DNA from: Gemmatimonadota bacterium | Lineage (GTDB): Bacteria; Gemmatimonadota; Gemmatimonadetes; Gemmatimonadales; GWC2-71-9 | Assembly: GCA_029863245.1 (NCBI GenBank) | Contig: JAOTVV010000015.1 | Coordinates: 5,280-69,279, forward strand | DNA length: 64,000 nt | Direction of reading: 5' to 3' | Shown: positions 42,784 to 51,502 of the stretch, piece by piece | Layout of the letters: each line of letters begins with the position of its first letter | Numbering within the stretch: position 1 is the stretch's first letter | Notes under the pieces: generated by a model | What the model was told of the DNA's origin: nothing | The model's database searches: none | The model's input: only the letters and a program-made list of their open reading frames with translations | Made by a program: the position numbers and the translations under genes

Positions 42784-43581
42784 CTACCGACCCCCATCCC
42801 GCCGGCCCAGCCACCGCCCCAAGTGTCCGCCTCGAATGCCGGCCAGGGTGTCTGGCTCCAGATCGGACAGCTCCAGCTTGACCACCGTTGCGTCGGGAAT
42901 CCGTAGCGGCGTCCCAGTCCCGAACACGAACCGTTCGGGACCTACGGTGCGGACGAGATGTTGCAGGTGATCGTCCGGCGGTCCCCAGAGCCACGAGATG
43001 TCCCAGACCACGCGATCGGCCTCCTCGGGAGTGAGACCGAAGTGCACCTCCTCGATAAACGTGCGATCGGCGTGCGTGACCACCAGCCGGAGTCCGTCCA
43101 CCGCCCGAATCAGTGCCCGTACCTCGTGCGGCTCGAGTTCACCCGCCCGGTCGAGAGGATGCCGCTGTCGCAGATCCTCGAGCCGCACGCTCAGCACCAC
43201 GGCCAATCCGGCCTTCACACACGACTCCGCAACCGCTCTGCTCTCCGGGCCCGCCGTGGCAACACCCTGGTACTGCGGAAACAGGCGGATCGCAGGCGCG
43301 CGCAGGAGCGCTGCCGCATTGACGTCTTCTTGCCACAGCGCCTGCTCCGGATTGATGGTCGGCACGGGCTCGAGACGGTCGCGCACCTGGGCCACCGCCT
43401 TCTCGAGCTCGCGATTCCCGGGAGCGGGGTCACTGTGGAGGATGGTCGGCAGGTATCCGACCCAGGCCACGTCGATGCCCAAACGATCCATCTGTGCGAG
43501 GAGCCACTCGGGGCTCGCGGCCGACCCGAGGTGCCGATACGGGTAAGCACCGAGAAACGCTCCGACGTCAGTGACCGGCAT
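42784..43581 (-). CDS. Amidohydrolase-fold (PF04909-like TIM barrel) protein, N-terminal HxH metal motif not evident
   Basis: 265 aa, collinear with amidohydrolase_2-type proteins (RFVFGTGTPL near the C-terminus) and with the neighbouring paralog-like gene. ATG 43581 overlaps the upstream gene by 14 nt. Confidence 0.6.
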   Translation of the reverse strand: MPVTDVGAFLGAYPYRHLGSAASPEWLLAQMDRLGIDVAWVGYLPTILHSDPAPGNRELEKAVAQVRDRLEPVPTINPEQALWQEDVNAAALLRAPAIRLFPQYQGVATAGPESRAVAESCVKAGLAVVLSVRLEDLRQRHPLDRAGELEPHEVRALIRAVDGLRLVVTHADRTFIEEVHFGLTPEEADRVVWDISWLWGPPDDHLQHLVRTVGPERFVFGTGTPLRIPDATVVKLELSDLEPDTLAGIRGGHLGRWLGRRDGGR

Positions 43582-44377
43582 GGCCTACCTCCAACCGGAA
43601 TAGCTCCAGGGCGTTGTCGGACCTGATCAGCTCGAGCCGATCGGCGGCAAGCCCGGCTGCCGTTTCGAGATAGCGGAGCTTGGCCCAGCCGGTACACATG
43701 GTGGCGTCGGTTCCCCAGACCAACCGGGTCGGGTGGACATCTCCGATCACCGCGTGCAGCATGTCGACATCCACCCCGCTTCCTGAGAGATCCACCCAGA
43801 TGTTTGTCGTCTTCCGCACCACGCGCAGGGAATGGGACCAGTCGCCGCCGCCCCCGATGTGCGCCAGGATGAACTTCGTACGAGGGTGCCGCACAGCCAG
43901 CGCCGCCAATTCCGCGGCGTCAGACGCCTCCTGACCCGGCCAGTCGCGTCGTCGATGCTGCCAGACGTGGTGGAGAATAGGGACACCGTGCTTCGCAGCT
44001 GCCTCGGCGATGGGGTCGAGGAGTGGGTCGCTGGCACGTCGGCTGGCGGCGAGCTTGATGCCCACCATGCCTTCGCCGAGCCAGCGATCGATTTCCTCGA
44101 GTGCGTGCTTCCCGTAGTTGGGGTTGACGGTGCAGTACCCAAAGACCAGGCCCGGGTGCGCGCGCTGGACTTCGAGCATCGCGGCGTTCCCGAGCGTCAC
44201 GTGGTCCGGCGCTGGGAAGTAGGTCGGTGAGAGCCGACCCCACGTGCCCAGGACAGACGCAATGTGAGCGGTGATCCCTAGCCGTCCACCAACCTCGAGA
44301 CGCCGAGCGTCGCGCTCCCGCCAGTCCCAGCGTCCGGAGACCGCCGTGTAGAAATGCGCATGGACATCGATCAGCAC
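43568..44377 (-). CDS. Metal-dependent amidohydrolase (amidohydrolase_2/TIM-barrel family)
   Basis: GTG 44377 gives VLIDVHAHF (HxH metal motif). Other blocks are GIKLAA, ILHHVW, FILAHIGGG and RLVWGTDATM. The start overlaps the aminotransferase end by 7 nt. Confidence 0.75.
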   Translation of the reverse strand: MLIDVHAHFYTAVSGRWDWRERDARRLEVGGRLGITAHIASVLGTWGRLSPTYFPAPDHVTLGNAAMLEVQRAHPGLVFGYCTVNPNYGKHALEEIDRWLGEGMVGIKLAASRRASDPLLDPIAEAAAKHGVPILHHVWQHRRRDWPGQEASDAAELAALAVRHPRTKFILAHIGGGGDWSHSLRVVRKTTNIWVDLSGSGVDVDMLHAVIGDVHPTRLVWGTDATMCTGWAKLRYLETAAGLAADRLELIRSDNALELFRLEVGHAGH

Positions 44378-45525
44378 GTGCGCTCTACCTCCGTCAGGGC
44401 CGCCTCCAGTCGCCGCACGACGTCGATGACGACGTCGTCGGTGTGCGCCAGTGACACGAAATTGTAGGCGTTGCGCTTGAAGAGCAGGCCGTGTCTGGCC
44501 GCTGCAACAGCAACCGCCGCGGACACTTCCTCCCTCGAGAAGGTGAGATAGCACATCTGCGGCATCCCCCGCACCCCCCGAACGGCTTTCGGGAATGCGG
44601 GCGCGAGTCGTTCAAGTCCGGCCAACAAGACGGTACCGGCCGCCTCGAGATGATCGCACACGCGCTCCCGCCGGTAGATGTCGAGCACAGCCAAGGCGGC
44701 GGCGAGGCTCACCCATTCGGTGGCCAGGGTGGAGGAGATCCACGTCCGCGTGGCCGTCTCCATCAGATCGCGATGTCCGCACACGGCCGCCAGTGGAAAC
44801 CCGTTCGCCATCGCCTTACCAAGCACCATGAGATCGGGCTCGACCTCCCAGCGCTCCGCCGCGCCGCCGAGTGCAATGCGAAACGCGGTCTTGATCTCGT
44901 CGAGCACCAGCACCGCCCCGCATCGGGTGGCGACGTCGCGCACGGCGCGGAGCCACACCGGATCCGGCGCGACCTCTATGACTGGCTCGACGACGATGGC
45001 TGCCGGAAGTGAGTCCCCAGTCGCGATGCCGCGCAGGGCCGCTACGTCGTTGAATGGGATCTCGGTCCGGAGCGAACGGACCGCTGCCGGCACGCCGAGC
45101 CCGTGTTGACACCAGTCGTGCCAACCGTGATAACCGCAGGTCAGCACCCGCTCGCGACCCGTGTACGCTCTGGCGAGGCGAACGGCGGCTGCGACCGCTT
45201 CCGCTCCCGTCTTGAAGAACAGGACCCGCTCGGCTCCCGGCATGACGAAGCACAGCTCCTCGGCGAGCATCGCTTCCGCCACCGGGGCCAATGAACCGAC
45301 CCCACCATCCCGCATCGCCCGCTCGGCAGCCTCCGTAACGGCCGGGTGCGCATACCCGAGCCCCACGGCACCGAGCGCCATCACGGTGTCGAGGTATTCC
45401 CGCCCCCCCTCGTCCCACAAGCGGCATCCGTCCGCACGCACCAGCCGCATCGGAACATCGCCCACCGATCCGAACAGCGCCTCGGGTCGCTTGCTGCGAG
45501 TCGAGGTGAAGCCCGGGATTCTCAT
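44371..45525 (-). CDS. Class-III PLP aminotransferase (glutamate-1-semialdehyde aminomutase-like)
   Basis: FTSTRSKRPE, YLDTVMALGAVGLGYAHP, FFKTGAEAV, VLVLDEIKTAFR and the PLP-lysine context MVLGKAMANGFPLAAVCG. ATG 45525 overlaps the trmJ stop (ATGA). Confidence 0.85.
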   Translation of the reverse strand: MRIPGFTSTRSKRPEALFGSVGDVPMRLVRADGCRLWDEGGREYLDTVMALGAVGLGYAHPAVTEAAERAMRDGGVGSLAPVAEAMLAEELCFVMPGAERVLFFKTGAEAVAAAVRLARAYTGRERVLTCGYHGWHDWCQHGLGVPAAVRSLRTEIPFNDVAALRGIATGDSLPAAIVVEPVIEVAPDPVWLRAVRDVATRCGAVLVLDEIKTAFRIALGGAAERWEVEPDLMVLGKAMANGFPLAAVCGHRDLMETATRTWISSTLATEWVSLAAALAVLDIYRRERVCDHLEAAGTVLLAGLERLAPAFPKAVRGVRGMPQMCYLTFSREEVSAAVAVAAARHGLLFKRNAYNFVSLAHTDDVVIDVVRRLEAALTEVERTC

Positions 45526-46247
45526 GCCACGCCTTTCCGCTCGAGAAACCGCAGGACCTCGATGCACATGGCCTTGACCAGCTTCGCCTCCCGCGCGTCC
45601 AACGGCACCCGATGAGCCATCTCTCGAATCGTCCGCATGATCGGCTCTGGGTTGCGCGTTTTGAAGAACTCGATCGCGCTCAGGGTATCACGTGCAGCCC
45701 CGAACACCTCCTCGAGCTGCTCTGCCGACGCCTGCGGCGCCTCGCGTCTCGGCGTCTTGAAGACCGGGACTCCCTTGGCCATGAAGAGCTCGTACGCCAT
45801 GACTGTGAACGCCTGCGCCAGGTTCAGCGACGAATGGCCTGGATTGGTCGGGATCACGATGCTGCGGTGGCAGCGATCGAGCTCGGCATTCGTGAGGCCG
45901 CGATCTTCCCGTCCCAAGACAATCGCAACGACCCCCGATTCGGCCGCAGCCAGCAGTTCGCCGACAGCCTCTCGCGGTCGGCGCACGTTGCGCTTCGCCG
46001 TCCGCTGCCGGGCAGTCAGGCCGACAACGAGTGCGCAATCCGCAATCGCACCGTCGAAGTCGTCGAAGAGCTTCACCCGCTTGAGTAGATCCCCCGTCTT
46101 GTGGGCAATGCCTTCGATCCGTCGAGGCTCGTACTCGACCGGATCGACCAACCTGAGGTCGCGGAGACCGAAGTTCTTCATCGAACGCACGACCCCCGCG
46201 ATGTTCACGATGTCTCGCGTTCCCACCAGCACGACGACGATACTCAC
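45522..46247 (-). CDS. trmJ: tRNA (cytidine/uridine-2'-O)-methyltransferase TrmJ (SPOUT/SpoU family)
   Basis: IVVVLVGTRDIVNIAGVVRSMKNFGLRDLRLVDP and AIVLGREDRGLTNAELDRCHRSIVIPTNPGHSSLNLAQAFTVMAYEL are collinear with E. coli TrmJ as I remember it. GTG 46247 overlaps the upstream stop (GTGA). Confidence 0.85.
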   Translation of the reverse strand: MSIVVVLVGTRDIVNIAGVVRSMKNFGLRDLRLVDPVEYEPRRIEGIAHKTGDLLKRVKLFDDFDGAIADCALVVGLTARQRTAKRNVRRPREAVGELLAAAESGVVAIVLGREDRGLTNAELDRCHRSIVIPTNPGHSSLNLAQAFTVMAYELFMAKGVPVFKTPRREAPQASAEQLEEVFGAARDTLSAIEFFKTRNPEPIMRTIREMAHRVPLDAREAKLVKAMCIEVLRFLERKGVA

Positions 46248-48913
46248 GTCACCTCCGCGTTGGCCGCACCCTGCCACGCCTCCCGATCGCCCCGGAGATA
46301 TACCCATCCGCCACCACCCGACAGGGCCAGCTGTCCAGCACGCCGCTGACGATAGCTGTACATCTCGTTCACCACGAGGTTGACCCGAAACGTGTCGCCC
46401 TGGCGAAGCCGGTGGCCGATCTCGATAGCCACGACTACGGCATACCCCGTGGACGTCTTGGACCACGTGCCTCGCACCCGCGATGGCTGACCCACGGTTC
46501 CTGCCACGGCACGGACCCGCACGGTGTCGGACCGGGTATCGGGCACCACCAGGTAACCGGCCCACCCACCCACATCGTGAAAACACTCGATGCCGTCGGA
46601 GTGGATGTCGGGATGCTCGTTGTCCCACCGCGGGTCCGGGGCGTCGTGAGGTCGGAAACAACACTCGGCCTTCGAGACGTCGACAGCAAAGCAGAGCGAC
46701 GTCCCGACCACGAACACGGCGCCGACCGCGTTGAATTCGCCCGGCCCATCTGCCTCCGACCGCCGGTACTGCGCCATCCCCAACGTATGAACCACGTCCG
46801 GCGGGAACATCGCCCGCCAGGTCAAGGGCTGCGGGAGACGCGGTAGTACTGGACAGCGGACAGGGGGAACCGAGCGTGTGCCCGGCGGCGACCGGAACCG
46901 GGGCCGAGGTCGCACGCCGCCGAGCGCGATGGCCTCGTGACCCGAGCGAGCGACGATCGCAGCTTCGGCAGACACCTGGAGGTCTACCGTCGTGCCATCG
47001 GTCATCTCAACCCGCAGCGGCCCGCCATCGTCGCGGGCCGACAGCACCTTCGTTCCACGATACACATAGACGTGGACCCATCGGCCGGGTCCCGCAGCGC
47101 GACGAACCAGGTACGGCAACGCCGATCCCGGAGCGAACTGTCGCGTCGGCGGGCCGCTGGCAGACGCGCCAAACAACTCCTCGCCGTGACGGTCGACCAG
47201 GATGAGCTCAGCCAAGCCGGCAGGGTGCATGCGAAACCGCCGCGGCAGATCATCGAATCTGACCGGCAAGGGACTCGTCACCTCCACCGGAAGACCTCCC
47301 AACGGATGGACCGGCAGATCGACGGAAACATGGGTCGGCACCTCGACCTCCAGGAGGTCCACGGCGAAGTCTGGCCCGGCCAGAATCGTCCGCGTCGCCT
47401 GCGTTCCATCGCCGAAGAGGTCCTCGGCCACGCCGCGGCACCACCACCACCCTCCTTTCCCGTCGAACGCCGCACACCAACCGTGCCGCACGAGCTGGTC
47501 ACCGTCGGCGAGGGAGGGAGCATTGTGGGCGCGAGTCGATCGATACCAGGCCAGCGTCGCATCGACGTACGACCCGGTACCCGGATCACCAAGACAGAGC
47601 CCGTCGCTATACAGCGTGAGATGCAACAGATCCGGATGTCCATGCCCCCCGGGAGCGCCGCCGCATTCGAGACCCACGTACCGTCCCTCGCCGGGTTTGA
47701 GCACCACCAGTCCTGCGCCCGGGAGGCACCGCGAGCCGCCGTCCCACACCCCATCGTCATTCGGAGGGTCGGGTCGCATCCAGAGCAGCGCCTTCCACCC
47801 CAGTCGGTCGCGCCGGATGCGGCCCGGCTCCCGATTGATCTCTTGCTCGGCGATCTCCCGAAACCCCGGGTCCGCACGCTCCGGAAGGTCGTCCGCATAC
47901 AGGCCTGTGAGCACGCGCTCGATCCTGGCCTCCCGAAAGCGGGCACGGGCGACCTCCCACAGTTCGGCAAATCGCTCCTGTCGGAGACTCACTCCGAAGG
48001 GTGAGTCACCGCGAGCCGGAAGTGTGAGATCGGGGAGCACTGTATCCAGGGGGGCGAGAAACATCGACCGTAGCTTCCGGCCGCTCCGAGGATCGTCATA
48101 GAGATCCAGCCCCACGGCGCGCACTACTTCCGCTCCCAGCAGAAATCCTCGCAGCGCAAAGAAGTGATAGTTCTCGCCCTCGAACCAGAGCCCGTCCTCG
48201 GTCACGCACTGGCGCAGTTGCAGCCTGAATCCATGTGGCCCGTCGACAGCACGGTGAACGAGATCGTCGTCGCCCAACCACAGTCCAGCGGAGGCGAGGG
48301 CGAGGTTGTTCCACACTTGCCGATTGGACCACCCTTCATCGAAGGAGCGAATCAGATCCGCTGAGGCACGTACCATGGGCGCCAGGTCCGCGCGAAGGCC
48401 CGCTTGTTCCTGCAGAAGCGATCCGGCCACAATGATCTGGGTGAGCCAGATGGACTCGAGATACGTGGAGAAGAACAGGCGCGTGGGACCGAGGACGTTG
48501 TCGAGGTTCGGCAGTGTGGGGTAGAGCTGAGTGTAGGCCTCGAGGATTTCCCCCGCGCGCGTGACCAGCTGAGCCTCCTCGGCGAAGAGGGAAAGGTGAA
48601 TGGCCCGCTCCGAAAGCCAGAGGTGGTATCGCCAGATCCAGGCCCAGTCGTGACGCTCACCGTCGTAGGTGCGACCGCACTGTGGGCAGCGATGCCGTTT
48701 CGGGAACAGCGGATCGAACTCCAGGCGCGACGCATCCTCTGCACAGATCCCCCCATCCTGCGTGAGTGCCGGCTTGCGATCGGGGACAAAGAGGGGCCGA
48801 TCGAGGAGCGGGTCGAGATGGCCGCGGAGCCGATCGCGAAGGCGGGACAACTCGGCGGCGGCGCGGATCTCCTGCTGTCTCGTGAGCAGGGCCTCACGCG
48901 TTAGGAGCGGCAC
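46244..48913 (-). CDS. Heparinase II/III-like (polysaccharide-lyase fold) protein with C-terminal CBM9/DOMON-like module
   Basis: Hepar_II_III signature GGAPGGHGHPDLLHLTLYSDG...DPGTGSY...WYRSTRAHNAPSL after an alpha/alpha-toroid-like N-half. The last ~220 aa carry DPRWDNEHPDIHSDGIECFHD, resembling the CBM9-like pattern (sD.vE.f.D). No signal peptide is evident. Start is GTG 48913 (20-nt overlap with the GHMP gene) or ATG 48973 (80-nt overlap). Confidence 0.75.
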   Translation of the reverse strand: MPLLTREALLTRQQEIRAAAELSRLRDRLRGHLDPLLDRPLFVPDRKPALTQDGGICAEDASRLEFDPLFPKRHRCPQCGRTYDGERHDWAWIWRYHLWLSERAIHLSLFAEEAQLVTRAGEILEAYTQLYPTLPNLDNVLGPTRLFFSTYLESIWLTQIIVAGSLLQEQAGLRADLAPMVRASADLIRSFDEGWSNRQVWNNLALASAGLWLGDDDLVHRAVDGPHGFRLQLRQCVTEDGLWFEGENYHFFALRGFLLGAEVVRAVGLDLYDDPRSGRKLRSMFLAPLDTVLPDLTLPARGDSPFGVSLRQERFAELWEVARARFREARIERVLTGLYADDLPERADPGFREIAEQEINREPGRIRRDRLGWKALLWMRPDPPNDDGVWDGGSRCLPGAGLVVLKPGEGRYVGLECGGAPGGHGHPDLLHLTLYSDGLCLGDPGTGSYVDATLAWYRSTRAHNAPSLADGDQLVRHGWCAAFDGKGGWWWCRGVAEDLFGDGTQATRTILAGPDFAVDLLEVEVPTHVSVDLPVHPLGGLPVEVTSPLPVRFDDLPRRFRMHPAGLAELILVDRHGEELFGASASGPPTRQFAPGSALPYLVRRAAGPGRWVHVYVYRGTKVLSARDDGGPLRVEMTDGTTVDLQVSAEAAIVARSGHEAIALGGVRPRPRFRSPPGTRSVPPVRCPVLPRLPQPLTWRAMFPPDVVHTLGMAQYRRSEADGPGEFNAVGAVFVVGTSLCFAVDVSKAECCFRPHDAPDPRWDNEHPDIHSDGIECFHDVGGWAGYLVVPDTRSDTVRVRAVAGTVGQPSRVRGTWSKTSTGYAVVVAIEIGHRLRQGDTFRVNLVVNEMYSYRQRRAGQLALSGGGGWVYLRGDREAWQGAANAEVT

Positions 48914-49946
48914 CGGGCTCCTCCCAGACGCGAACACCCTCCGACGCAAATCCCACGTCGAGCACGTCCGCACCGGCTTCCTCTGCGGCGCTCACCACTG
49001 ACCGCCGGGATGAAGGGCCACACAATGCGATCAAGCAGCCGCCAGCGCCGGCTCCTGTCGCCTTTACGCCCCACGCCCCCGCTCGCCGCATGGCGTGCTC
49101 GATACCGTGCATGCCTTCGGTGGCGATCGTCGGATCCAAGCGTTGCTGCGCACACCAGTTCGCATCCACGACCTCGGCCAAGCGGCGCCAGTCGGCCGCC
49201 TCGAGCGCGTCGGCGGCCGGGTCGGCCAGCTCCCGCATGGCCTGCAGCGCCTCCACGACGCTGGGATCCCGAGCCCGGAATGCACGCCAGACGCGCTCAT
49301 GAGTCGCCGATGAAAAATGGGAGTGACCCGTATAGGCGACCACGAGATGCCTGGCGAGGTCCTCGGCGGTCGCGCCATCCACCGACAAGGGGCGCACGCC
49401 GACGGCCGACCTCCCGAACTCGTACAGATGGAAACCGCCCAGTGCCGCTGCGTATTGATCCTGTCGACCGCCCAGGAGCCCGAGCTCCCGCGCTTCGAGC
49501 TGGAAGCCGAGCTCAGCCAACTCCTCGGGCGTAAAGTGCTCTTCTCGGCAGTGGGCCAGGCCGGCCAGCAGGGCGACGTCGAGTGCACCGGACGCCCCGA
49601 GCCCCGAGCCGCCGGGCGCGTCAGACCGCGTCAGCACTTCGATGCCGCCCGTCACTGGCAGCATGTTGAGCGCAGCCTTATGCAGATCGAGGGTACCGTC
49701 GTAGGTGAGGTGCCGCGACGAAGGCAGCGTCACACGGTGACCCAGGTCCTCCGCGTGCAGCCGAATCCGGCTGTCGCCGAGCAGACACTCGACACGCACT
49801 CGTCGTTCGATCGCAGCGTTGACGACGGCGCCGCCTTGGTCATCGGCGTAGATCGGGACGTCCGTCCATCCACCCACGAAATCGACGCGCATCGGCGCCG
49901 TGGCACGCACTCTTATCGCCTTCTGGGCCCCTTCTCGATCTCCCAC
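48894..49946 (-). CDS. GHMP-family sugar kinase (HddA/fucokinase-like)
   Basis: APMRVDFVGGWTDVP (motif I), RSDAPGGSGLGASGALDVALLAG (motif II) and KATGAGAGGCLIAL (motif III). Start is ATG 49946 (34-nt overlap with the SBP gene) or GTG 49910 (2 nt after the SBP stop). Confidence 0.8.
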   Translation of the reverse strand: MGDREGAQKAIRVRATAPMRVDFVGGWTDVPIYADDQGGAVVNAAIERRVRVECLLGDSRIRLHAEDLGHRVTLPSSRHLTYDGTLDLHKAALNMLPVTGGIEVLTRSDAPGGSGLGASGALDVALLAGLAHCREEHFTPEELAELGFQLEARELGLLGGRQDQYAAALGGFHLYEFGRSAVGVRPLSVDGATAEDLARHLVVAYTGHSHFSSATHERVWRAFRARDPSVVEALQAMRELADPAADALEAADWRRLAEVVDANWCAQQRLDPTIATEGMHGIEHAMRRAGAWGVKATGAGAGGCLIALCGPSSRRSVVSAAEEAGADVLDVGFASEGVRVWEEPGAAPNA

Positions 49947-51502
49947 TCCGTCACTCCTGCCAGCTCGCCCCGCAGGTCGGGCGGCTCACTCCGGATCCGG
50001 TTGTTGGCGCCCTGCACGCCGCGCGCATGATACAACCAGGTCGTTGGGAACTCGCCGTCGAGAATCCGTTGTGCAGTTCGCCAGGCGGCCTCCAGCGCAT
50101 CCTCCGTTTCGGCCCCTCGGACGGCTTCCATCGCCGCATCGAACTGCGCGCTTCGGTACCCCGGATAGGCGAGTGGCCCCGGCGTCACTCCGTCGAACAT
50201 CGCTGCGACGTGACCCAGCGCAAGATCGCCGGGGATGCCCGTCACGAGTGCATCGAAGTTCCGCGCCTCGCCCTGCGCGGTGGCGAGAAAGCTCGTGAGC
50301 TCCAGTTGACGAATGGTCACGGCCGCGCCCACAGACCGCAATTGCGCCTGGATCATCTGCTCCAGGACATTGTCGCCGCTGCCGACCGTCAACAACTGGA
50401 ATGCGAGCCGCCGGCCTCGCCGGCGACGTATCCCGTCAGATCCCGTCTCCCATCCTGCCGCCTCGAGCAGACTCCGCGCCGCCACCACACCGTGCCCTAC
50501 CCCGGCCACCGGTTCGAACCACGGGTGCTCCGGCGGAACCGGGCCGTCGGCGGGTGTCCCGAACCCGTAGAGGGCTGCGGCGACGATCGCCTGTCGATCC
50601 AGCGCCATCGTGAGCGCCCGTCGCACCCTGACGTCGTCGAACGGCTCACGCCTCACGTTCCAGACGAGGGCGTACGAAAAGATCATCGGATAATCGAAGA
50701 CCCGCAGCGCCGGATCGCGGCGCACGAACCCCGCGTGCGCCGCTGTGATCCCCGCAAAGTCCACTTCGCCGGACGTGAGGGCGGCAAGCTTCGTCGACGG
50801 CTCGTCCACCACTGCAATGACGAAACGCTCGATCGCCGGGCGCCCGAGCGAGACCGGGAAGTCCTCGAAGCGACGGAATACCCATCGTTGGTTCGGCCGG
50901 TACTCCACGAACGCGAATGGCCCGTTGCCTACCGGCGCCGTATTGAACGCCGCCCGTCGAATCTCTTGTGGCGGGACGCCTTCGAAGCGATGCGCCGGCA
51001 ATATTGCCAGGTCAGTGAAGACGTCGGGGAACGTCGGCTGGACATGATCGAATCGCACGCGCACGGTGAGCGAGTCCACCAGAGCCATTTGCTCGACAGT
51101 GGCGAGGTCGCGCGCGCGGGGATAGGCAACCTCGGGATGCCGCGCCATCGTGAGCGTCCATACCACGTCGGCGGCCCGCGTCGGGACGCCGTCGTGCCAC
51201 CGCACATCGGATCGTAAATGGAAGACGAGCGCCCTGCGGCCATCCTCCCATTCCCAGCTGGCGAGCCGCGGCACCGGCTGGAGCCGTACATCGTACGTCG
51301 CCAGGGTTTGAAACAGCAGGTGCTTTTGCACGGCCTTGGCCAGCGGATGGACCGCGACCAGCGGATTGATGCTCTGCAGATCGGCGCCCGAAGCATAGAA
51401 GACGGTGGCGTCACGCCCCGGGCCGGCGGGTGGGCTGCACGCCACGCCCCATGCGAGCCACAGGGTTGACGCCAACAGCTTCGGCGGGCGACTGTAGCGC
51501 AT
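49913..51502 (-). CDS. ABC transporter substrate-binding protein, family 5 (peptide/oligosaccharide/nickel type)
   Basis: 529 aa with signal/lipobox-like MRYSRPPKLLASTLWLAWGVACS and SBP_bac_5-type blocks (FYASGADLQSINPL, RWHDGVPTRAADVV, GNGPFAFVEY). Its ATG (51502-51500) overlaps the ATG of the divergent permease gene. Confidence 0.85.
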   Translation of the reverse strand: MRYSRPPKLLASTLWLAWGVACSPPAGPGRDATVFYASGADLQSINPLVAVHPLAKAVQKHLLFQTLATYDVRLQPVPRLASWEWEDGRRALVFHLRSDVRWHDGVPTRAADVVWTLTMARHPEVAYPRARDLATVEQMALVDSLTVRVRFDHVQPTFPDVFTDLAILPAHRFEGVPPQEIRRAAFNTAPVGNGPFAFVEYRPNQRWVFRRFEDFPVSLGRPAIERFVIAVVDEPSTKLAALTSGEVDFAGITAAHAGFVRRDPALRVFDYPMIFSYALVWNVRREPFDDVRVRRALTMALDRQAIVAAALYGFGTPADGPVPPEHPWFEPVAGVGHGVVAARSLLEAAGWETGSDGIRRRRGRRLAFQLLTVGSGDNVLEQMIQAQLRSVGAAVTIRQLELTSFLATAQGEARNFDALVTGIPGDLALGHVAAMFDGVTPGPLAYPGYRSAQFDAAMEAVRGAETEDALEAAWRTAQRILDGEFPTTWLYHARGVQGANNRIRSEPPDLRGELAGVTEWEIEKGPRRR

